A stretch of 16,846 bases of DNA from Leptolyngbyaceae cyanobacterium (GTDB lineage: Bacteria > Cyanobacteriota > Cyanobacteriia > Phormidesmidales > Phormidesmidaceae). Below are positions 1-7,234 of the stretch, piece by piece. The stretch is from positions 1 to 16,846 of the forward strand of contig JBHJHA010000040.1 of assembly GCA_050331235.1 (NCBI GenBank), given 5' to 3'. The notes beneath the pieces were generated by a model, which made no database searches, was not told where the DNA came from, and worked only from the letters and a program-made list of their open reading frames with translations. Every line of letters begins with the position of its first letter. The first letter of the stretch is position 1. Position numbers and translations under genes: made by a program.

Positions 1-1
1 C

Positions 2-151
2 GTGATTGACGGCAACCTGCACAACTTGGGGACCGTGGGGAGCGATCGCATTGCTCGTGACGGTAGCGTTTGGACCTTTGAGGACGCCCATGATAACGAC
101 TTCAATGACGTTATCTTGACCCTCAACTCCGCTGAAGCGGCGGTTGCATAA
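2..151 (+). CDS. 3' end (partial) of an upstream gene with a DUF4114-like C-terminal domain, paralogous to the C-terminus of 651..3914
   Basis: Frame from position 2 reads VIDGNLHNLGTVGSDRIARDGSVWTFEDAHDNDFNDVILTLNSAEAAVA* (TAA 149-151). It is 36/49 identical to the last 49 aa of the 651..3914 protein and has the FED-x2-DNDFND motif typical of DUF4114. Not in the ORF track because it is truncated. Confidence 0.9.
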   Translation: MIDGNLHNLGTVGSDRIARDGSVWTFEDAHDNDFNDVILTLNSAEAAVA

Positions 152-186
152 ACCGACATTGAGCTAACTTGCTCCATAATCCCCAA

Positions 187-219
187 CCCCCGTCTTTCGA
201 GGCGGGGGATTCTTGTTTT
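187..219 (+). terminator. Intrinsic terminator of the upstream partial gene
   Basis: Stem-loop CCCCCGTCT-TTCG-AGGCGGGGG (187-208) followed by ATTCTTGTTTT, 35 nt after the stop codon. Confidence 0.75.
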
Positions 220-451
220 CTAGCTCCCGTGCCTCTCGGCCTTGATCTCGCCGGCCATTGTTGCCAGCGCTCACACTTGGTGAACTTCATTACGCTGCTG
301 TTACTTAAATTCACGGTTTGTTGGCGGGCAGATGGTTAAACCAGCCCAACCCGCAGCGATCGCCCTCACTCCGCACAAATCTCTTCAGATCGACTGAGAC
401 CCCCTGCCCTGGCTGAAGACTAGCGATCGTCCTCCCAGCAATTGAGCAACT

Positions 452-492
452 ATCAAAGGAAAATTAAAGTCGCCATAAACTGCTCTTGAATT
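452..492 (+). promoter_or_regulatory. Candidate Pho box (SphR/PhoB-type direct repeats) upstream of the EEP-PhoD gene
   Basis: Octamers at exact 11-bp period: ATCAAAGG (452), ATTAAAGT (463), CATAAACT (474), CTTGAATT (485). They are degenerate matches to cyanobacterial PyTTAAPyPy(T/A) repeats spaced by 3 bp. TATATT/TATTCT -10-like hexamers lie at 499-506, and the downstream gene is a phosphatase. Confidence 0.4.
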
Positions 493-650
493 GCCAGGTA
501 TATTCTCATCCATGCCGTGATTGATCACGGGATACCTCAGCAAAAATACGGATTCATCATCAACTTCAGCGGATTGTTAGCGCTGCTAACTCAGATTTTG
601 ACGCCGCCCGTTTTTGCCCACCTCTGCAAAGTCCCTACCCCCAAAAGCCG

Positions 651-3600
651 ATGCCTATTCGTTTTGCTAGCTACAATGCCTCGCTCAACCGCTCCGCCGC
701 TGGGCAGTTGATTACCGATTTATCGACCCCCAATGATCCCCAGGCCCAATCGGTGGCTGAAATCATTCAGCGCACGAGCCCGGATGTTCTACTAATTAAT
801 GAGTTTGATTATGACGCCGCTGGGGAAGCTGCCGAGCTCTTTCAAACCAACTATCTCGCGGTCTCGCAAAACGGCGTTGACCCGGCTGAATACCCCTACG
901 TTTATGTCGCGCCTTCTAACACCGGGGTAGCCTCCGGACTTGATTTTGATAACAACGGCAGCGTTGGTGGGCCGGGAGATGCGTTTGGCTTTGGCTTCTT
1001 TCCTGGGCAGTTTGGCTTCGCCATTTTTTCCAAATATCCCATCGCTGAAGATGAGATTCGGACGTTCCAAGAGTTTTTGTGGGCTGATATGCCCGGTGCA
1101 CTGTTGCCGCCCGACCCGCTAGATACCGATGGCAACGGGGACACGGCTAACTGGTTCACTTCAGAAGAACTGGCCGCATATCGCTTATCTTCTAAAAATC
1201 ACGTCGATGTGCCTATCGAAGTGGATGGCGACATTATCCATCTGCTAGCGAGCCATCCTACCCCGCCCGTCTTTGACGGTCCCGAAGACTTAAATGGCCG
1301 CCGCAACTTTGACGAAATTCGGTTCTGGTCGGATTACATCAACGGTGCGGATTACATCTACGACGATGACGGCAATTTTGGTGGCCTGGAGGCAGGGTCG
1401 CAATTTGTGATTGCCGGTGACCAAAACTCAGATCCGTTTGATGGTGATAGTCGGCCCGGAGCAGCCCAGCAGCTCCTCGAAAATCCCCTGGTGAATACGA
1501 CAGTGACGCCCAGCAGCGAGGGTGGAGTTGATGCGGCGATTCGTCAGGCGGGTGCTAATGTTACCCACACGGGCAACCCAGCCTTTGATACCGCTGACTT
1601 TGGCTTTAATGCTGATGATCCCAGCAGCGATAACCCACCGGGTAATCTGCGGGTAGATTATGTATTGCCCTCTGAAAATTTGGCGATCGCCGACGCCCAG
1701 GTTTTTTGGCAAGCTAGTGACGATCCGCTATTCCCCTTAGCAGAATTTCCCACCTCCGACCACCGGCTAGTCTACGTCGATGTCGAAACTGCTGGCGACG
1801 CAGATACTTTGCCGAATGGAGTCGCTAGCGGTGATGTCACCCAAGACTCCGTAGTCCTCTGGACTCGCAGCACCGCCATTGGTGACGTCACATTTGAATA
1901 TTCCACCCGCGCCGATTTCAGCACGATCGCAGGCTCCGTCGTGGCTACCGTTACGGATGACACCCTACCGGTTAAAGTCGAGGTGGATGGTTTGACCGCC
2001 GGCACCGACTACTACTATCGTGTCACGGATGCCGCCGGCAACACAAAAGCAGGAGAGTTTGAAACCGCTGCCGCCATTGGGGAGTATGCCGGTTTGCGAT
2101 TTGGGGTGGCGGGTGACTGGCGCGGTGAACTAGCGCCCTATCCGGCGATCAAGAATGCTGATGAACTAGAGCTAGACTTTTTTGTCGAGCACGGCGACAC
2201 CATTTACGCCGATTTCCCCTCACCGGCGCTGCCTGAGCCACAGGCAGAATCCTTAGCAGACTTTCGAATCAAGCATTCAGAGGTCTACAGCGATCGCTTT
2301 GGCAGCAACACCTGGGCTGATTTGCGTGCCTCCGCTGCAATTTATGCCACTATCGACGACCACGAAGTGATTAACGACTTTTCGGGCGGCGAGCCGATTG
2401 GTAATGATCAGCGCTTACTCGATATCTTCCCCAGCGACGACCCCAATGCCCTGGTCAATGACAGCACACTATTTGAAAACGGCCTTCAGGCATTCCAAGA
2501 ATACAATCCTCTGCGCGATGAATTTTATGGGGAAACAGGGGACGAGCGCACCGCCAATGAACGGAAGCTCTACCGCTCTGATACCTTTGGCGCCGATGCC
2601 GCGACCTTTATCTTAGATACGCGGTCCTTCCGCGATCAGCCGCTGGTTGGCCCTGATACTACTGATCCAGCCGATATTGGACGCTTTCTGACTGAGTCAC
2701 TCGTCCTGGATCGGCAATTTTTAGGAGAGCCTCAACTAGCGGACCTCAAAGCCGATCTCTTGGCCGCAGAGGCTAACGACGTCACCTGGAAGTTTGTCAT
2801 GGTGCCGGAACCGATTCAGGAACTGGGGATCTACAACGTCGATGCGTTTGAAGGCTATGCCAATGAGCGCAACGAGATTCTCCAATTTGTTGAAGCCAAC
2901 GATATTGACAACGTCGTATTTGTCGCTGCCGATATCCACGGCACTTTTGTCAATAATTTGACCTATACCGAAACAGTTGGCGGTCCTCGAATTGCTACCG
3001 ATGTTTGGGAAATTACCACCGGTTCAGTGGCCTTTGATGCGCCCTTTGGTCAAACAGTGGTCGATGTCGCAACGGCAGCAGGCTTGCTATCCGCTGAGGA
3101 GCGTGCCTTCTATGAGACGCTTCCCATTGCTCCCGATCTCGACGACATTCCCAATGACAAGGATGATTTCCTTGAGCAGGCCTTCCAAACTCTGACGATT
3201 GGACCGGGTGGCTATGATCCCATCGGCTTGGACAACAATCTCACCGCCGAACAGGGCTTACAAGGGTCCTTTGAGGTTGAAGCGACGTTGTTACAGGGTG
3301 ACTATGTGGCAGCCCATACCTACGGTTGGACACAGTTCGACATTGATCCGAATTCTCAGGTGTTGACGGTTACAACCTATGGAATTGAGCCGTACAGTGA
3401 AGCCGATCTCTTGGCAGACCCTGAGAGCGTCGTGAACTCGACTCCGTTCATTGTGAGCCAGTTTGAAGTTGTCCCGACTTTGGAGGAAAGGCCTGCGGCC
3501 CTTGAGACGCTGGTCGACCTAACGGGCATTGATGGCGACGTCACTGTCAATGTCACCCTCGATCGCGAAGCCGTTTTCAACAACACCGTGCGGTTCTACG

Positions 3601-3914
3601 AAACTGATGCTGACGGTAGCATTGACGGTCTCATGGTGGGCGATGCCGGCTACGAAGACGCGGTCTTGAACAACCTGCTCGATGTGGAATTGAGCGTTGA
3701 CAACTTAGTCACCAGCGAGGTCGAGTTTACCTTTGAGGGGGGCACTTACTATGCGCCGGTGCTTGTCATTAACGGCAACTCCAACAACTTGGGCACTATC
3801 GGCAGCGATCGCATCGCCCGCGATGGCAACGTCTGGACGTTTGAAGACGCCGCTGATAATGACTTTAACGACATCGTGATTACCCTTAACTCAGTTGAGA
3901 GTGCGACTGTGTAG
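651..3914 (+). CDS. phoD: Multidomain phosphate-scavenging enzyme: endonuclease/exonuclease/phosphatase (EEP) domain + PhoD-type alkaline phosphatase + C-terminal DUF4114-like domain
   Basis: EEP motifs: FASYN, PDVLLINEFD, SHPTPP, AGDQNSD, LRVDYVLP, SDHRLV. PhoD N-terminal domain: GVASGDVTQDSVVLWTR and GLTAGTDYYYR. PhoD catalytic motifs: HGDTIYAD, IDDHE, LDTRSFR, FEGY, ADIH. C-terminal FEDAADNDFND. Very acidic composition. Confidence 0.9.
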   Translation: MPIRFASYNASLNRSAAGQLITDLSTPNDPQAQSVAEIIQRTSPDVLLINEFDYDAAGEAAELFQTNYLAVSQNGVDPAEYPYVYVAPSNTGVASGLDFDNNGSVGGPGDAFGFGFFPGQFGFAIFSKYPIAEDEIRTFQEFLWADMPGALLPPDPLDTDGNGDTANWFTSEELAAYRLSSKNHVDVPIEVDGDIIHLLASHPTPPVFDGPEDLNGRRNFDEIRFWSDYINGADYIYDDDGNFGGLEAGSQFVIAGDQNSDPFDGDSRPGAAQQLLENPLVNTTVTPSSEGGVDAAIRQAGANVTHTGNPAFDTADFGFNADDPSSDNPPGNLRVDYVLPSENLAIADAQVFWQASDDPLFPLAEFPTSDHRLVYVDVETAGDADTLPNGVASGDVTQDSVVLWTRSTAIGDVTFEYSTRADFSTIAGSVVATVTDDTLPVKVEVDGLTAGTDYYYRVTDAAGNTKAGEFETAAAIGEYAGLRFGVAGDWRGELAPYPAIKNADELELDFFVEHGDTIYADFPSPALPEPQAESLADFRIKHSEVYSDRFGSNTWADLRASAAIYATIDDHEVINDFSGGEPIGNDQRLLDIFPSDDPNALVNDSTLFENGLQAFQEYNPLRDEFYGETGDERTANERKLYRSDTFGADAATFILDTRSFRDQPLVGPDTTDPADIGRFLTESLVLDRQFLGEPQLADLKADLLAAEANDVTWKFVMVPEPIQELGIYNVDAFEGYANERNEILQFVEANDIDNVVFVAADIHGTFVNNLTYTETVGGPRIATDVWEITTGSVAFDAPFGQTVVDVATAAGLLSAEERAFYETLPIAPDLDDIPNDKDDFLEQAFQTLTIGPGGYDPIGLDNNLTAEQGLQGSFEVEATLLQGDYVAAHTYGWTQFDIDPNSQVLTVTTYGIEPYSEADLLADPESVVNSTPFIVSQFEVVPTLEERPAALETLVDLTGIDGDVTVNVTLDREAVFNNTVRFYETDADGSIDGLMVGDAGYEDAVLNNLLDVELSVDNLVTSEVEFTFEGGTYYAPVLVINGNSNNLGTIGSDRIARDGNVWTFEDAADNDFNDIVITLNSVESATV

Positions 3915-3936
3915 TTAACGTTGCCATATCTCACTT

Positions 3937-3979
3937 AAAAAGCGGCCCAGTGGGGGATTCATCTGCTGGGTCGCTTCTT
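3937..3979. terminator. Probable bidirectional terminator between the convergent phoD-like and GNAT genes
   Basis: AAGCGGCCCAG (3940-3950) pairs with CTGGGTCGCTT (3966-3976), with an A-run on the left and TTCTT on the right. Confidence 0.65.
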
Positions 3980-4061
3980 GGTGGGCGGATGGGTCAGAGA
4001 TATTCAAATCTGTCTGTGTGCCGCAATGAATGCCTGATGTAGGCACTCCATCGGCAATCTC

Positions 4062-4466
4062 TTAATGATCGTTGCCGGCGTAGATCCACATCGGTTCCGT
4101 ATTGCCGGCTTTGGCAAAACCACATCGTTCATAAAACGGGATCGCCTCGCGATCGGCGACCAATATGTGCATATGCAAGGCCGCATATTTGGTTTTCAAC
4201 ATTTCCATAATATGTTGACCAATGCCCTGGCCTTGATAGTCTGGATGCACTAGCAGATGTGGATAATAAACCACTAAGTAACCGTCAGAGAGGGCATTGC
4301 CAATGCCGACTAGTTGCTCACCGACCCATGCCGAAATCAGGCTGTGGGAGTTAAGCAGCCCTTGATGGAGTGCTTGGGGCTTTTCTGCCGAAGACCAGCC
4401 ATTGGCCTGGTAAATCGGTAGGATTTGCTCAATAGAAATATCCCGTCGCTCTGAGTAAGTCATCAT
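4062..4466 (-). CDS. GNAT family N-acetyltransferase
   Basis: Motif A LLVHPDYQGQGIG and C-terminal FYERCGF. The start codon directly follows the stop of the upstream ABM gene (TAG-ATG). Confidence 0.9.
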   Translation of the reverse strand: MMTYSERRDISIEQILPIYQANGWSSAEKPQALHQGLLNSHSLISAWVGEQLVGIGNALSDGYLVVYYPHLLVHPDYQGQGIGQHIMEMLKTKYAALHMHILVADREAIPFYERCGFAKAGNTEPMWIYAGNDH

Positions 4467-4775
4467 CTATTTTGACTGCCCCACCACTTCGTAATGGGCA
4501 ACTCTGGGTTCAAACTCTAGGAGAAAGTCATCGTCTTCGGGATAATATTTCGCAACGCCGGCATCTTCCCCAGCAAACGCCTGGATGATTTCCAGATTTT
4601 TCCAAAATGACAGCGTCACAAAATGGGTGACGTCACCATCTGGCTGCTCCAAAATGTAAACGCCCAGATTGCCCTCAATAGACTGATAATCCGGAATGGC
4701 TCGGGCATTGAGAAACTCGTGATAGGCTTGAGCCTTGGAAGCTGGGACTCGACCATGCCACATACGTGAAATCAT
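4467..4775 (-). CDS. Antibiotic biosynthesis monooxygenase (ABM)-like dimeric alpha/beta barrel protein
   Basis: MISRMWHGRV...F.TLSFW...I.AFAGED...AKYYPEDDDFLLEFEP.V.HYEV is the characteristic pattern of this family. I prefer the ATG at 4775 over the track's start at 4823 because the recognisable family pattern begins at MISR. Confidence 0.85.
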   Translation of the reverse strand: MISRMWHGRVPASKAQAYHEFLNARAIPDYQSIEGNLGVYILEQPDGDVTHFVTLSFWKNLEIIQAFAGEDAGVAKYYPEDDDFLLEFEPRVAHYEVVGQSK

Positions 4776-4932
4776 GCTGCTCTGTGCCTTAAGGTGCGTG
4801 CCCCTGAATGTTAGGGCAAACACCTTAAGAATCGGCTACTGGTCTTAGGAACTGTGTGCGGATGAATACGCGGCGATCGCCCACAACAACCTAACAGCTA
4901 GATCAGCGTTGCCAATCAACAGCTACCGGCCG

Positions 4933-5367
4933 CTAGTAACGGCCACCCACCCCGATAGGCGTTTCCACAATCTCTGCTCGGGTAATGTCCAAATCGTTCA
5001 TCGTGGCGCCGGCTACATCAACGAAGTACAGTTTGGCTTCAGTTAGGTCAACGCCGTTGAGATTGGCATTGCGGAAGCTCGCGTTCGTCAAAAAGGCACC
5101 GGTTAAAGTCGCTCCCTCTAGATTGGCACCGGCTAAGTCAGCGCCCTCCAGGTTGACCTCAGTCAGGTTGGCATTGGAGAGGTCAGCCTCTCGTAGGTCA
5201 GCGCCAATTAAATGTTGCTGAGTTAAATCAGCCCCGGACAAATCACAGGCATAGCAAGACCCTGTCGCAATCAGCTGCTCTACGTGGGCAGGTTCTGCTG
5301 CTCTCGCAGAAACAGTTAGCATTGTGGGAATGGCGACTGATAGCACAGCAGTGGTCATCAGTTTCAT
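4933..5367 (-). CDS. Pentapeptide repeat protein with N-terminal signal peptide (periplasmic or lumenal)
   Basis: A(D/N)LXX repeats (GADLT, ADLRE, ADLSN, ANLTE...) preceded by the C-x2-C-DL cap (SCYACDLSGADL). Hydrophobic N-terminus ending in A-R-A. Strong SD (AAGGAGG) upstream. Confidence 0.93.
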   Translation of the reverse strand: MKLMTTAVLSVAIPTMLTVSARAAEPAHVEQLIATGSCYACDLSGADLTQQHLIGADLREADLSNANLTEVNLEGADLAGANLEGATLTGAFLTNASFRNANLNGVDLTEAKLYFVDVAGATMNDLDITRAEIVETPIGVGGRY

Positions 5368-5460
5368 AGCTTCCCTCCTTAAAGGTAATCACTGCCGATC
5401 AAGGCGGCTCGACTTGTTTAATAGCGATTGCTAAGTTGACTCTACAAATTAACTGGGGCG

Positions 5461-5547
5461 ATCGCTGAAAAGCCAACACAGCAAAGAGTAAAATCGTATA
5501 CCTAAAATACCTACTACCCGAAAGTTGAGAATTGGCATTTCAGCGAT
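5461..5547. repeat. 16-bp inverted repeat (15/16 match) with 55-bp spacer
   Basis: ATCGCTGAAAAGCCAA (5461-5476) versus TTGGCATTTCAGCGAT (5532-5547). Confidence 0.8.
5488..5501. promoter_or_regulatory. Candidate NtcA site (GTA-N8-TAC)
   Basis: GTA AAATCGTA TAC in an AT-rich divergent intergenic region. There is no TAN3T at the canonical ~22-nt spacing on either strand, so it is not a class II NtcA promoter. Confidence 0.3.
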
Positions 5548-5671
5548 TTGCTATCAATGAAACTTATTTAACAGTCACATTGATTCACAAAAGGGATTAC
5601 AAGTGAGACGCGACTGATTTCAAACAAGAATATTCTTTCTTATCGCCTGAATTCAGACTTCGGTATAGCTT

Positions 5672-5677
5672 TATAAT
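5672..5677 (+). promoter_or_regulatory. Consensus -10 element (TATAAT) ahead of a structured leader and small ORF
   Basis: Perfect TATAAT immediately upstream of a run of hairpins starting at 5697. No good -35 element. Confidence 0.45.
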
Positions 5678-5985
5678 GGCACATTTAAATTGATAGCAGC
5701 AAGGCCGGGAACCCCTACTGAATAGGGAGATTGGCCGACTTATGCTCTTGCTGAGGACAGATATTCTTCTCATAGTCTTCACAAATCGATAGCCCATTTA
5801 TTGGCGTGATTGGTCACTATGAAGAAGGGCTGATAGCTCAAACCAGTAACTGGTTTGTGACTGACTTTACAGCTCTTGAGGGTGTGTTAGTTTTGACTAG
5901 ATAACGGTCATTCCATGGGTGGAATCTACCGCGCTACCTTAAAGACCGCGTTCCCTACTTGCTTTTTAAGGAAATAAGCTTGGCT

Positions 5986-6177
5986 ATGCTTTGCAATACC
6001 TGCCAACGACAACAAAATTGTCTGCCAGCGGCACTGGCTACAGATGACACCAAACTTCGTACGCTGCTCGAACGGCTAAAGGGATGCGATCGCCACGTCC
6101 CCATGTCAGCCCCTAAGACCGAGTCAAACTCTGGCAAGCGTTCTTTCCTGCAATTGCTCATCCGCCATCCCGCTTAA
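5986..6177 (+). CDS. Small Cys-rich hypothetical protein (63 aa, C-x2-C-x5-C-x21-C)
   Basis: MLCNTCQRQQNCLPAALATDDTKLRTLLERLKGCDRHVP... SD-like AAGGAAATAAG at 5968-5978 precedes ATG 5986. It fills an otherwise empty gap and contains a HIP1 site. Confidence 0.6.
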   Translation: MLCNTCQRQQNCLPAALATDDTKLRTLLERLKGCDRHVPMSAPKTESNSGKRSFLQLLIRHPA

Positions 6178-6318
6178 GCAATCATCACCAGGGCCATCAT
6201 GCTCCGCCGTTGGTTTACGTTATTCCCCTGATGCACATAATTTTTCGGCGTTTGTAATCACCAAGTCCATCGACCGCTACGTTGGTATGGCAAGCTAGCA
6301 CTTGACCCCTTCTGCGTA

Positions 6319-7233
6319 ATGCTTGTCATGGCTACTGCTCCCATTTCTCCTTGGACGCTCCGCGATCGCAAGTTTCATTGGGGCGATCGCACTTACGTCA
6401 TGGGCATCCTCAATGTCACCCCTGACAGTTTTAGCGACGGGGGACAGTTCAGTACCTTAGCCAGTGCAATCGATCAAGCCCAAACCCTAGTCAATGCTGG
6501 CGTTGACATCATCGACATTGGCGGGCAATCGACCCGCCCAGGGGCCGAGCAAATCTCCTTGCCTGAGGAACTTCGCCGCGTTGTCCCTCCCATCGAAGCC
6601 ATTCGGGCGAGTGATGATGATGCATTAGCCCAAAGCATCATCTCCATCGATACACCACGCTCAGCGGTGGCTCGGGCGGCGGTGCGGGCGGGGGCTGATC
6701 TTGTGAATGATATCTCAGGGGGCACCTTTGACTCGGCCATGTTTTCGACAGTGGCCGATCTCGGCGTGCCGATCATTTTGATGCACATTCGGGGGACTCC
6801 CGAAACCATGCAGCAAAACACGGACTACAGCGACCTCATTAGTGAGATCTACGGCTTTTTAGAGCGTCAAATAAAAACTGCCCAGGCGGCTGGATTGAGC
6901 TCGAGTCAGATTATGGTTGACCCAGGGATCGGCTTTGCCAAAAACTATCCTCAAAACCTAGAGCTCTTGAGGCAAATCGCCGCTTTTCGCAAACTGCATT
7001 GCCCCGTGTTGGTTGGTGTCTCGCGCAAAAGCTTTATCGGCTGGCTATTGGACGAACCTGAGCCACAACAGCGGGTTTGGGGAACGGCTGCCGCCTGCTG
7101 CGCGGCGATCGCTGAGGGAGCCGATATGCTGCGGGTGCATGATGGCAAAGCCATGGTCGATGTGGCTAAAGTCGCCGATGCCATTTGGCGTCAGCGACTG
7201 CCTGATTACTGCCAACCCATGACTTCAGGCTAG
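6319..7233 (+). CDS. folP: Dihydropteroate synthase
   Basis: Motifs VMGILNVTPDSFSDGG, DIGGQSTRPGA, ISIDT, VNDISG, LMH.RGTP, DPGIGFAK, GVSRKSFIG and LRVHD. The start could alternatively be ATG 6328. Confidence 0.97.
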   Translation: MLVMATAPISPWTLRDRKFHWGDRTYVMGILNVTPDSFSDGGQFSTLASAIDQAQTLVNAGVDIIDIGGQSTRPGAEQISLPEELRRVVPPIEAIRASDDDALAQSIISIDTPRSAVARAAVRAGADLVNDISGGTFDSAMFSTVADLGVPIILMHIRGTPETMQQNTDYSDLISEIYGFLERQIKTAQAAGLSSSQIMVDPGIGFAKNYPQNLELLRQIAAFRKLHCPVLVGVSRKSFIGWLLDEPEPQQRVWGTAAACCAAIAEGADMLRVHDGKAMVDVAKVADAIWRQRLPDYCQPMTSG

Positions 7234-7234
7234 C

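Noticed and set aside
123..314. 63-aa minus-strand ORF
   Set aside because: It overlaps the upstream gene end and the terminator and has no coding features; the QESP similarity comes from the hairpin.
517..711. 64-aa ORF with a hydrophobic stretch ending VFA, considered as a frameshifted signal peptide for the EEP-PhoD gene
   Set aside because: GTG start without an SD, no twin-Arg, and a different frame; the EEP domain starts cleanly at ATG 651. Read-level checking of 600-650 would settle it.
4985..5250. 15-bp periodicity in the DNA
   Set aside because: Fully explained by pentapeptide repeat coding; not a CRISPR or tandem DNA repeat.
5597..5797. 66-aa minus-strand ORF in the long intergenic region
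   Set aside because: It crosses an AT-rich promoter-like region and the hairpins, with no SD and no protein-like pattern.
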